64,000 bases of DNA. Source: Pristiophorus japonicus. Lineage: Eukaryota. The position numbers and the translations under genes are program-made. Shown here piece after piece: positions 12,681-25,205 of the stretch. The number at the start of each line of letters is the position of its first letter. Position 1 is the first letter of the stretch. Below the pieces are notes generated by a model. The model was not told the DNA's origin, ran no database searches, and saw nothing but the letters and a program-made list of their open reading frames with translations. The DNA lies in the NCBI RefSeq assembly GCF_044704955.1, contig NC_091996.1, positions 21,328,001-21,392,000 of the forward strand, written 5' to 3'.

Positions 12681-15381
12681 ATGGGCTGATATTCTTCTCT
12701 CCCCTCCCCCCCCCCCCCGGGCCATCAGTTCATACTGGCACTCTTCGGGGAAATTGAAAGTATTGCAAAATTGGGAATTCCCATGCGTAATGTGTGGCAG
12801 CGTCTTAATTACCTGAAACAGCAGCTTTAAATAGAGCCGAGGGAAGAATACAAGAGCAATGCTGCCTTTTATCTGCAAATGTGGACGGACAAGTGGACAA
12901 TAAGGAGGCAATTTTGTGATGTTCAGCTTGTGAGTAGAGCCTTGCCTTTTACCAGTTTTAACCTATGCCCTTTTCAGCAGGACCCATTCCTATTTCGGAA
13001 CCACAGAATCGTCCCTCCAGTGCTATCTTCCTATTTTTGACCTGTGGTCTCTATCTGGCGAAGCTCCAACCAAGGAGCACATATTTGCAAAATGACCCTT
13101 TAAGCTTTGGTGCTCTAACTCTCCCACATGCAATGCAGGCGGTTGCCATGCATGTAATACTAGACCCAGCACTTCAAATGACCTGTCACTGTGGAACATC
13201 ATTTGGTGAAACAAGCAGAATGGTGAACTATTTTGCCAAATTGATGACCTATGGGAAGGGGGTATCTGTTAAAGCTACTGAGAGGCTCATTTAGGACTGA
13301 TGCTAAGAATGTGTTCATGCAAAGAATGATCAGCACTTGGAATAGCTCTGGCATCATTTAAAAAAACAGTTGGATGCTGTGATGGAGAACTGAAGACTTT
13401 TCTAGATGAATGAGCTAAGATGGCTGTACTACTTACGTAATTGCACGGTAATTTAACCATCACAATAAACACAACACTATTTCAATTGTTTTATTTAGCT
13501 TGGTAGGAAAGAAAAGACCTTAGATCCTTATAATTTATTGCATGGTAACACCAGCTGCCCAAAATTGATAAAAATGACAAACTTAATGAACAAGATTGAG
13601 ACAAGTTGTGTTTTATAGAACAGGAGCTGATCTCCCCTTAATGGTTCAAGTGCTTGTGAGGGGGCTGGGGACTGAGTGGCTGCTCGCAGAGCTCTAACAG
13701 CATTACTTACAGTGAGTTGCAAGGTTTATAAGAATAGCAACACTAATCTATCAACACTCGGGGGAATCCTAGGATGTGGGAGCCTTGGGAAGTCTGGCAT
13801 TACTAGGAAGTGGGCCCTGGGTCTGGGAACATTAGGGGGGATGATCTTGGTGTCTGGGACATTTGGAGATGGTTTTGAGATCGGGAACATTGGGATTGCA
13901 GTCCAGGGAGATGTGGCCACTGAATTGGGGGTTCCAGGATTTAGGTGTGGAATGGAAGGAAAAGTTTGAGAAAAAGGCTCCCAAGACCCAGCAGGACTGT
14001 GAAAAGGTTCTGACATTGGGGGATGACCAGGGTCTCGCAGCCGACTGGGGAAAGGGGACCAAGGGAATAGAACCCTAATTGCCCGTGGCCATTTTTGAGC
14101 CATCAGGCCCCAACTGCCCCACCCCAACATGTTCCTGGCCATCATCCTCTCCTCCAACCTGCCTGCATTTGTGCCCTCCAATATCCGAGCATTTTCTTTA
14201 TTGTCAGCTAGTTCCTCTGTTTACACTTCTGCCGTAAAATATTCTGCTTCTTAAAATGAATGGATGGAAAATCTCGGCCTGGCAGTGCAGATTCTTCTTA
14301 TATTTGTTTCCAGCATGCTCCAGGAGCGCAGAAGCAAAAAACTGATCTGATCCTGTCCATTGGCCACTGGGCATGTTAGGTTAAAATGATTGCCTTTGTT
14401 TTTTTTTTCAACTATTAACAAAGAAATGACATTACTGTAATAAGTGTCGGCCATGTGTGTGAAGCCCATAAAAGAAAATCGCATTTGTTAATTTAATGTC
14501 CGCTTGCCTGACATGAAGCTTTGAAAATGCAATCTCCAGTTTCTTTTAAAATCATTTGGAAAAAGAAACATGATGGACAAACCTTTCTGCCCTTCAACTC
14601 AGATTGATGCACAGATTGCATTATGGAAAAATGTAGCAAATTGCATATTCTTCAAATGCACATGTTGAGGTAAAAATATTCTGTCAAAGCCCTTGCTTTC
14701 AAGACCTAGGTCTTGAAGCAAAAACTTTAATGAAGGAATTAAAAGACACAATAGGCAACCAGTATTTAAATTTAATTACGTATTGCAAAATGTTCAGTTA
14801 TTTGATTTCAACATTTTGCTCAAAACCTTATTTTGAACATTAAAAATTTTGAGTTACTAAGAAATAAAATGGCGGATTAATTTTTATTAAAACATTTTGA
14901 GTAATTCGATTAGTTCATCAACAAGCCGGGAAAATCTTTAGATACCGATTCTCATATTAAAATGTTAACATATTTATTCAGAGTTTTCCCATTACAAATG
15001 TTGTCATAGGTGGTTTCCATTATAAATATTGATGCAGTGTTACAGTAAGTAATGTTTATGGATGTGAAGTGTACACAATACGTAAGATTTTTAATAATGT
15101 ATACAGGACATTGTTAATTTCCCTTGGGCAAGATGCAAGATTTCCAGGTAAGGCTAGATTTTTTTTCATCTGATTTATTTTAAATGGTTTACTGCCGCTG
15201 ATAAAATAGCACCAATTGAAAAATCTACAGTGATCTTTATTAAAAAAAAAACGCACAAGTAATCCGCTTGATTTTTGAAAGCTTTTAAATTATTTTTACA
15301 ATCTGCAAATGAGAAGACTATATTTAATCTCTAAACTTAGATAGTAGATAATCCAACAGTAGAGTTTTGTTTTATCTCTAT

Positions 15382-16075
15382 GGGCCAAAAATTGCGGTCG
15401 GAAGCTTCCTGCGGGCGGATGCCTCCTACCGAAAAATTTTTAACGAAAATACCTGGTGGTCCAGAGGAATGTACACTTGTGCTCCGAGGCCTAGGTGCAC
15501 AGTCCAGAGTAGGGGCCCACGTATTCTAGGAACGTAAGCGAAGCCTGGGATCACGTGGGTCTGGACCACCAATCACAATGTAGCATTCTCATTCGTAGTA
15601 ATGGAAGCTACGCGCTCCCGTTACTATCAATGAGAGTACCCCTAAACTCAAATAAAACACACACAAATTTTTAAAATCTTCACTTTTTAAAAATTAATAG
15701 AAATTGCAATAAATTAAATGTTTTAGAGAAAAATTTATTTTTTTGAATTAAAAAAAAATGTTTTAATTATGTTAAAAATAAACTTACCTTCATAGACAGG
15801 GTTTTAAAAATAAAAATAAGTACCTGTAATAACATTAATTTCTTCTATCTATTAAAAATCTTATGCTGGTAAAAGCAGGCCTTACCAAGCGTAAGAGTTT
15901 GAAGGACATTTGCTGGGCAAGAGTTGGGCAAATATCCCAAATCTCTGCCCGCGAAGGCTCTTCTCCCGGGGATGCGTTGGATCTATCAAAAGACATTTTC
16001 CAATTTTCTTCTCTTCTCCTGAAGTTGGGAGCTGCCCCAGTACTTCCTCAGGTGGCCATTTTTAGTCTTACCATC
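15382..16075. mobile_element. Non-autonomous Harbinger-like element (MITE)
   Basis: Starts GGGCCAAAAATTGCGG. Internal blocks (aaaataaacttac, cttac/tgctggtaaaagcagg, ggacatttgctggg) are shared with 23740-25205. Confidence 0.55.
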
Positions 16076-17359
16076 AGTCATTAGTCTCATGATTTGTGGG
16101 AATTTTCACCGTTCACACAGGAAATGTAAGCTATGTGAGCATTTAAAACACCTGCAAATCATGGGACACGCGAGAAATGGGACACGTGAGTAAACTGAGT
16201 GTTAGCAATGCTGCTGTATTCTTCAAGAACCTAGATGGTGAGTTGAGGCAGACTATTAAAACATGGAAGGCAACATAGCCAAATTTGATCCTCTTTTCTC
16301 TGACATCAGCGCGCTCAATTTCCAATACAGATCACTAAAGAGCAATTAGGAGTGGAAACATTGGCTGATTTTTTCCCTCTCTCTGCTGATGTCATTTGCT
16401 GGAACTGCTACTCCGACTGAGGCTCAGAGTCAAATCTGGTGCTCAGCTTAACATTACCATAAGGACAGCTAGCAGAGCATCTATCTTAAATATTACCGTA
16501 AGGAGAGCTAACAAAGCATCTATCAACAAATGTTGAGCAGGGAGCTCCTTGTTTTTTTCAATACCTGGAAGGAGTTAACAACTATGCCATGAGTGGGACC
16601 ATCACTAGTTTTGGTAAGTGTCTCTTTTAATGTAATTATTTGTGAGGCAGGAACCTCATTAACACTATGCTAAATGGCTGAGAAAATTTCAACATGCATT
16701 TTTCATATTAACATTGTGTTGATTTTTAAACATCTTTGATGTCAGATATGTGTCAAACATTAAACATGTTACTATTCACTGTTTGAATTCTGTTGCAGTA
16801 ATGGGATGTAAAATAGACATTAAAAACTTACAGTCTTCAGTGTAGCAAAGCTTGCAAAAACTGCAATCCATTTTCTCCAATGACATGCCCAATATTCAAA
16901 GGGTAGTGCTTGCAAGACTCATAAAGGTCGTTTCACAGCTTCAGTGATGCACTGGCATCATCTTCCTGGCAGGGATTCAAGCCACTATGCAGGTTAGTTC
17001 AACCAATGTGAAGGCTGGTTTACATTCCGCTCGCACTATGATATTAAATGCCTGAGGCATTGCAATATAATCTGTGCAGTATCTTTGTTTTGCTAACATA
17101 CAGGCTGGAATAGATTCAGCTCTGACTGTTGGTTTGGCTGACATTTGAGACAGCTTGCTGTCTGCACTCCAAGAAAGATTAACAGACATTCAGGATGTCA
17201 TCTGCAGTAGTCTGAACTAAGTTGATGACTGGCTGGACTGCAAAATCTATTTACACTCATGGTGGTATGAAAATGATGTGAGAATCCCAGTTTACAGCTC
17301 AAAAGCAGTTCTTAACATGCGGTAAAAATTCTGCTTCTGCACTGCTGGTGCATGCTGTT

Positions 17360-17665
17360 TAGGGGCAGCACGGGCCAGCCCACACTGCGATATGTGCGCA
17401 CACTAGGTCCGTGCATCAGAGCAGGTCTCCAGTCGTCTTGGTTTACCCTTGCCACTGGACCAAGACCTAGCTCTGTCAAGCCCGTGTGGTGGCTGGTGTG
17501 CAACGGCCATCCCACGTTATAAAAATCCACGAACAGGCATCTTACATCCACAGGATGTAGTTCGCGATCTGGAATATTAGGTCCTTCATTGAAACACCTG
17601 TGAACTCATCCTTTTTTGGCGTGGAAGCAAGTCATCCTCGTTTCAAGGGATCGCCTATGATGATG
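17360..17665 (+). mobile_element. RTE-dependent short non-autonomous retroelement
   Basis: The 3' end GTGGAAGCAAGTCATCCTCG...GCCTATGATGAT matches the RTE 3' ends in this window, but the body shows no RT coding similarity. Confidence 0.7.
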
Positions 17666-20416
17666 GCAGTACGTATCACAAAATTGTGCAACTCAAGCCC
17701 GTGATTTTCCTCCATTGTAATTAATGTGATACGCTTTGGGACACCCTGAGGTCAGGACAGGTGCTATATAAATGTAAGTTCCTTCTTCAAAGTATTCTTT
17801 TCCAAGTCGGAAAGATGTTCTTCTTTCCCTGTGGCAGCTTGAAAAGCAACATTAAATGTCGACATCAAGTTCGTCATCCACTCCATGGCCTCTGGTTAAT
17901 ATGGAGTGGATGGATCTTAGTCGAGCACTGGTTCACAAGATGCTCCATGGTTTGGAGCTACACATAGGGCTATCCTTCATCTTTCATTTATGCAGCAAAG
18001 AGATTGCTGCTCCCATATGAAGCTCTGGGGTGGTTCGCAGTGACCCATATTTTACACGGCATGGTGAATCCAAGTGGTTGATCCATGGGCTCCATGATCA
18101 GGTCCTGATTCTTGGCCCCGCTGATTTCCCACATCCTCCACCACTTGTCTTTTAGGTGAGAGTTTTGGCCGCTAACCAGAAGGAGCTCCTAGACTTTTCG
18201 CATGTCGGGAGCTTCTGGAGATCTTCCATTAATCGTCAGATTTGTGTTTTGCCAAGGCCCAGTTGTATTCTCTGACTTTCGCTGCTTCTCTCCTGAGAGG
18301 TGGTGACAAGATATGTGTGAGCTCAGGGAGACAGATTATCGGTGTTGATTTCAGCACTCTTGTGATCATCTTTAAAGATTTGGAGAGGAAGATGGCACCT
18401 TTTACCCAATGTTCTGTGGCACCCTTTACCTGCTCCAGCACAACTAATTCCATCAACAAGGTGACCAAACACTGACCGATGCCCAATGAAAGCAGCACAC
18501 AATGAAAAATGTCAATATTCTGTCATTAATGTGTCTCCTCAAACAGCCACTTAAATCACTGTGTTCAGCAAGTGGGTGGATCAATCTATGATTGGAAAGA
18601 CATTTAAACAATCCTTGAAATGCTGTTAAAATTCATCCATTGATTAACAAACTGAGCTTATAGGAAATTATGCTGCTGTACATGTGATATTTACATCTGT
18701 TTTGTGCTACTATTAATAACATGTATAATCTTGTTATGGTAATATTAGTAGTGACAGTTAAATCCGTTTTGTTTATTAGAGGTCTCAGATGAACTAAATT
18801 GTTTGTCTCGATAACATAATTAGCTCTAGACATAAACCCATTACCAGCATTTGGTGCATTTCCTCTGTCCATTGTTGACTGAATTCAGATGTGGCTCACA
18901 AATGAAAGAATTGTGTGTTAAGCTTGCTAATCTTCTCAAAGAATCATTTTTTTAAACATGGGGTAAAGAAGGAAGGGGGTCGCAGTATTGATTAAAGAAA
19001 TAATTACAGCTGTGAGGAGGGATGATATGTTGGAAGGATCATCAAATGAGGCCATATAGGTTGAATTGAAGAACAAAAAATGGGTGATCACACTGCTGGG
19101 AGTGTACTATAGACCCCCAAACAGTCAGAGGGAGATAGAAGGGCAAATTTCTGAGAAGTGCAAAAACCACAGGGCAGTAATAGTAGGGGATTTCAATTAC
19201 CCTAATAGTAACTGGGATAGAATTAGTGTGAAAGGTATAGAGGGTGCAGAATTCCTAAAATGCATTCAGAAGAACTTTTTTAGTCAGTATGTAGCAAGCC
19301 CAACAAGGGGCGGTTCTGAACTTAGTTTTAGGGAATGAAGCTGGGCAGGTGGAAGGGGTATCAGTGGGAGAGCATTTAGGTGCTAGTGATCATAATTCAG
19401 TTAGATTTAGGGTAGTTATGGAAAAGGACAATGATAGACCAGGAATAAAAGTTCTCAATTGGAGAAAAGCCAATTTTGCTAAGCTGAGATGGAATTTAGC
19501 CATAGTGGACTAGAAACAGCTACTTGAAGGTAAATCAGTGTCAGAGCAGTAGGAGGCATTCAAGGAGGAAATCCTGAGGGTTCAGAGCAAGAATATTCCC
19601 TTAAAGAAAAAGGGTGGGACTAACAAATCTAGATATCAAGGGACATACAGGATAGGATAACGAAAAAAAGGAAGGCTTATGACAGATGCCGAGGGCTCAA
19701 AATTGCAAAAACTCTAGAGGAGTATAGAAAGTGCAGGGGAGCAATTAAAATGAAATTAGGAAAGCAAAGAGAGAGCATGAAACCATTTTGGCAAGTAAAA
19801 ACAAGGAAAACTCAAAGATGTTTTATAAATACATTAAGAGCAAGAGGATGTTTCTATGTTTCTATGTTTTCTATGTTTTCTATAACTAAAGAAAGAGTAG
19901 GGCCTATTAGAGATCATAAAGGTAACCTGTGTGTGGAGGCAGAAGACAAAAGGGTATGGTTCTTAATGAATACTTTACATCTATTTTCACAACAGAGAGG
20001 GGCACTGCAGACATTGCAATCAGGGAGGAGGAGTGTGAAATATTAGATGAAATAAACATAGTGAGAGAGGAAGTATTAAGAGGCTTAGCAGCTTTGAAAG
20101 TGGATAAATCTCCAGGCCCGAATGAAATGTATCCCAAGCTGTTAAGAGAAGAAAAAGAGGAAATAGCAGAGGCTCTGACCATCATTTTCCAATCCTTTCT
20201 GGCTACAGGTGTGGTGCCGGAGGACTGGAAGACTGCTAATGTTGTACCTTTGTTTAGAAAGGGAGAAAAGAATAGACTGAGTAATTACAGGCCAGTCAGC
20301 CTAACCTCAGTGATGAAAAAATTATTGGAAAAAAGTCTGAGGGACAGGGTAAATTCTTCATTTAGAAAGACACGAATTAATCAAAGACAGTCAGCATGGA
20401 TTTGTTAAGGGAAGGT

Positions 20417-21085
20417 GTCTGCTGTACATGGTCCATGTTTCTGAGCCATACAGGATGGCGGGTATTACTACAGGTATTACTACAACCCTATAGACCATGA
20501 GCTTGGTGACAGTTTTGAGGGCCTGGTCTTCTCAATGATGTCTCCGCAAGAGCCTACAAATCCCCTGGGAGGACAGACACACCAATGTTAGCAGCCTCGA
20601 CCAGGTCAACATCCCCAGCATTGAAGCACTGACCACACTTGATCAGCTCCGCTGGGTAGGCCACATAGTTCGCATTCCAGACACGGGACTCCCAAAGCAA
20701 GCGCTCTACTCGGAACTTCTTCACGGCAAATGAACCAAAGGTGGGCAGCGGAAATGTTACAAGAACACCCTCAAAGCCTCCCTGATAAAGTGCAACATCC
20801 CCACTAACACTTGGGAGTCCCTGACCAAGACCACCCTAAGTGGAGGAAGTGCATCCGGGCGGGCGCTGAGCTCCTCGCGTCTCGTCGCAGAGAGCATGCA
20901 GAAATCAAGCACAGACAGCGGAGAGTGCAGCAAACCAGCCCCACCCACCCCTTCCCTCAACGACTATCTGTCCCACCTGTAACAGAGACTGTGGTTCTCG
21001 TATTGGACTGTACAGCCACCTAAGAACTCATGTTCGGAGTGGAAGCAAGTCTTCCTTGATTCCGAGGGACTGCCTATGATGATGA
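20417..21085 (+). mobile_element. RTE LINE with inverted 5' segment and 11-bp TSD
   Basis: Antisense RTE 20417-20531 and sense RTE 20533-21085 ending GCCTATGATGATGA. TAAGGGAAGGT occurs at 20406-20416 and 21086-21096. Confidence 0.9.
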
Positions 21086-21372
21086 TAAGGGAAGGTTGCG
21101 TCTGATTAACTTGATTAAAATTTTTGAGGAGGTAACGAGGAAGGTCAATGAGGGTCGTGCGTTTGATGTAGTGTATATGGATTTTAGCAAGGCTTTTGAT
21201 AAGGTCCCACATGGCAGAATGGTCACGAAAGTAAAAGCCTATGGGATCCAGGGCAACGTGGCAATTTGGATCCAAAATTGGCTCAGAGGCAGGAAGCAAA
21301 GGGTAATGGTTAATGGATGTTTTTGTGACTGGAAGGCTGTTTCCAGTGGGGTTCCACAAGGCTCAGTACTAG

Positions 21373-22036
21373 ATTGTCTATCCTCCCAGTGGATTTGCAA
21401 GATCTTGTGGAGGCAGCGTTGGTGCAATTTCTCCAGCACTTTGAGGTGTCTACAGTATATGGTCCATGTCTCTGAGCCATATAAGAGAGCGGGTATCACT
21501 ACTGCCCTGTAGACCATAAGTTTGGTGCCAGATTTGAGGTCCTGGTCTTCAAACACTCTCTTTCTCAGGCAACCGAAGGCTCCGCACGCCAACATTCGAC
21601 CAGCTCTGTTGGGTGGGCCACATCGTCTGCATCCCCAAAGCAAGCGCTCTACTTGGAGCTTTGTCGCGCCAAGCGGCCCCAGGTGGGCAGAGAAACGTTT
21701 CAAGGATACTCTCAAAGCCTCCTTGATAAAGTGCAACATCTCCACCGGCACCTGGGAATCCCTGGCCCGAGACCGCCTAAAGTGGAAGAAGAGCATCCAG
21801 GTGTGCGTTGAGCACCAAGGGTCTCGTCACCGAGAACATGCAGAAAACAAGCGCAGACAGCGGAAGGAGCGTGTGGCAAACCAGTCCCACCCACCCTTTC
21901 CTTCAACAACTCTGGGTCCCACCTGTGACAGAGACTGTAATTCCTGTATTGGACTGTACAGTCACCTGAGAGCTCACTTTTCGAGTGGAAGCAAGTCTTC
22001 CTCGATTTCGAGGGACTGCCTATGATGATGATGTTG
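21373..22036 (+). mobile_element. RTE LINE with inverted 5' segment and 8-bp TSD
   Basis: Antisense 21373-21586 (AFGCLRKRVFEDQDLK...YGSETWT) and sense 21587-22036 with a (TGA)n tail. AGTACTAG occurs at 21365-21372 and 22037-22044. Confidence 0.9.
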
Positions 22037-23739
22037 AGTACTAGGTCCCTTGCTTTTTGTGATTATATATCAATGATTTAGACTTGAATGTGGGGGGTAT
22101 GATTAGGAAGTTTGCAGATGATACTGAAATCAGCTGTGTAGTTGATAATGAAGAAGAAAGCTATAGACTGCAGGAAGATATCAACGAACTGGTCAGGTGG
22201 GCAGAACAGTGGAAAATGGAATTCAATACGGAGAAATGTGAGATAATGCATTTGGGGAGAGCTAACAAGGCAAGTTAATATACATTAAATGGTAGGACAC
22301 TGAGAAGTTTAGAGGAACAAACGGCCCTTGGAGTGCATGTCCACAGATCCCTGAAGGTAGCAGGTGGGTGGGTAAGGTGGTTAAGAAGGCATACTGAATA
22401 CTTACTTTTATTAGCTGAGGCATAGAATATCAGAGCAGGGAGGTTATGCTTGAACTGTATAAAACACTAGTTAGGTCACAGTTAGAGTACTGTGTGCAGT
22501 TCTGGTCACCACATTACAGGAACGATGTGTGATTGCTCTAGGGAGGGTACAGAGGAGATTTACAAGGATGTTGCCTGGACTGGAGAATTTTAGTTATGAG
22601 GAAAGATTAAATAGACTGTTTGTTTTCTTTGGAACAGAGGAGGCTGAGGAGAGACCTTATTGAGTTGTATAAAATTATGAGGGGCTAGATAGAGTGAATA
22701 GGAAAGACCTATTTTCCTTAGCAGAAAGGGTCAACAACTAGGGGACATAGATTTAAAGTAATTGGTAGGAAGTTTAGAGGGGATTTGAGGGGAAATTTCT
22801 TCAGGGGACTGGAACTCACTGCCTGAAAGGGTGGTAGAGGCAGAAACCCTTACCACATTTAAAGGGTACTTGGATGTGTACTTGAAGTGCCGTAACCTAC
22901 AGGGCTACGGACCAAGAGCTGGAAAGAGGGATTAAGCTGGATAGCTCTTTGTCGGCCGGCACGGATACCAGGCTGAAATGGCCTCCTTTTGTGCTGTAAA
23001 TTTCTATGATTCTAAAGAACCTTGCACATTAATGCACAGAGGAGCACATCTTGTGACGGAGAAGTGGTATTGGAGAGTCTTGAATTGAAAAGTAAAATAT
23101 GAGAGGAATGGTCCCTTAATGTAACTGCAATCATTTTCCTCCTGGGCAGTAACCGCTCAGGTTGCCAGTTTGTTTTTATCAGTTAGTGGGACAGATATGA
23201 CAATCTAAGTCTGATGTCTGAAACAAAATTGAATGCAGCTGGAATGTAAACAGTTCCGGCACCAAACCTGTGATTTAAGCTTACATTAATCTTATGCAAT
23301 TGTGTCCGATATCCTCCTCTGGTTGTGTGCAGTGATTTGCAATCCCTGTTATTTCAACTATTTCTAAAATCAAATGTCCTGCTGTAAATTGGACATAATA
23401 TAAATGACGGAAAGGCAGCAATTGCTAGAATTTAGTACCTTACTGCCCCTTTTTTGCTTCAACATATTTTCCCTAATTTTTTGATGGGATTTTCTACAGA
23501 AGATTAATAAAAATGAATTTCTCAGCAACCCATAGAAGCTCCCCAAACATGCAAGTAGCTCAATTTCTAAAGAATCATCGAAATGTAATCACAGAATGAG
23601 GCCCATTGTACAGTGCCAGTCTTAGCACCACATTCAGGTTTCTCGTCTCTTTCCCAATATCCTTTACAAATGAAAGTGGAAATACCGGATAAATCAGAAT
23701 TATAGTTAATTTTCAACAAATGCATCAACTGGGCCAGTC

Positions 23740-25205
23740 AGAAACACTCAGATCATGTGGGCTTGCCCAAGCAATCAAAGAAGGGAATCCCCATTCATGC
23801 TTACGCGGATTCCCTATGTACGGAACTACCATAAGTATGAATGGGGATCACATAAAAAATACCTCTACACATAAAATAATTTTTTTTAAACCTCTACATA
23901 TTTAAAATGAATTAAAATGGCATTTATTTTAAAACATAAATGTAATTTTTTGAAAAATTAATTTACATGTTTTAACAGACTAAAAATAAACTTACATTAT
24001 TGCTCAGGGTTTTTAATGTTTAAATGATTGAAAAAATGTTACTTTTCTGTTTTTTAAAACTCTTACGCTACGCCTGCTTTTACCAGGCGTAAGAATTTCA
24101 CAGGCATTTGCTGGACAGAAGCTGGGCTTTTCCGCCAGCAAATGCCCTTTCCTTGGGCATTCGTACGATCTGTCAAGAGAATCTTTGATGGATCGCAAGT
24201 TAAGACATAAGAACATAAGAAATAGGAGCAGGAGTAGGCCAGTTGGCCACTCTAGCCTAATCCACCATTCAATAAGATCATGGCTGATCTGATCTTGGCC
24301 TCAACTCCCCTTCCCTGCCCGCTCCCCATAGCCCTTGACTTTCATATCATTCAAAAATCTGTCTACCTCCGCCTTAAATATATTCAATGACCCAGCATCC
24401 ACAGCTCTCTGGGGTAGAGAATTCCAAAGATTCATGACCATATGTGAGAATAAATTACTCCGCATTTCCATTTTAAATGGGTGACCCCTTATTCTGAATC
24501 TATGCTCCCTAGTTCTAGATTCCCCCACAAGGGGAAACATCCTCTCTGCATCTACCTTCAGAATCTATGTTTCAATAAGATCAATTATATCCTTCCTTAA
24601 ATAAGGAGACCAAAACTGTACACAGTACTCCAGATGTGGTCTCACCAACGCCCTGTACAGTTGTAGCAGGACTTCTCTACTTTTATATTCCATCCCCCTT
24701 GCAATAAAGGCCAACACTCCATTTGCTTTCCTAATTACTTGCTGTACCTGCATGCTAACTTTTTGAGTTTCATGTACAAGGACCCCCAAATCCCTCTGTA
24801 CTTCAACATTTGTAATCTCTCTCCATTGAAATAATAATTTTATTTTTTATTTTTCCTACCAAAGTGTATAACCTCACATTTTCCCACATTATACTCCATC
24901 TGCCAAATTTTTGCCCACTCACTTAGCCTGTCTATTTCCCTTTGCAGATTCTTTGCATCCTCCTCACAACTTGCTTTCCCACCTTTCTTAGTATCATCAA
25001 CAAACTTGGCTACATTACACTCGGTCCCTTCATCCAAGTCACTAATATAGATTGTAAATAGTTTAAGCCCCAGCACTGATCCCTGTGGCACCCCACTAGT
25101 TACAGTTTGCCAATGCCAGCACATGCCTAAACCCAGAACTTGCGTAGTCCCTAGGGGTGCATGCGCATCTCAGACGTGCCCGTAGGGGCAGTAAATTCAG
25201 CCCCA
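23740..25205. mobile_element. Harbinger-like MITE split by a CR1
   Basis: Shares internal blocks with 15382-16075 and ends AAATTCAGCCCC. Confidence 0.5.
24204..25112 (-). mobile_element. CR1 LINE 3' part with an internal deletion near 24560
   Basis: SGVPQGSVLG, VRPHLEYCVQFWSP; (CATAAGAA)n tail at 24204. Confidence 0.92.

Larger units (their letters stand above)
18961..23014 (+). mobile_element. CR1 LINE (APE C-terminus plus RT), degenerate, hosting two RTE insertions
   Basis: GVYYRPPN, VIVGDFNYP, DKSPGP, NYRPVSLTS, YMDFSKAFDKVPH, SGVPQGSVL, KFADDT; TTCTATGATTCTA tail. Confidence 0.92.

Noticed and set aside
12225-12911. 228-aa ORF
   Set aside because: It crosses solo LTR, L2 and other repeat boundaries and has no coherent domain.
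13726-14181. 151-aa Pro-rich ORF
   Set aside because: Low-complexity GGG-rich sequence with no recognisable domain or splice support; probably the interior of an old repeat.
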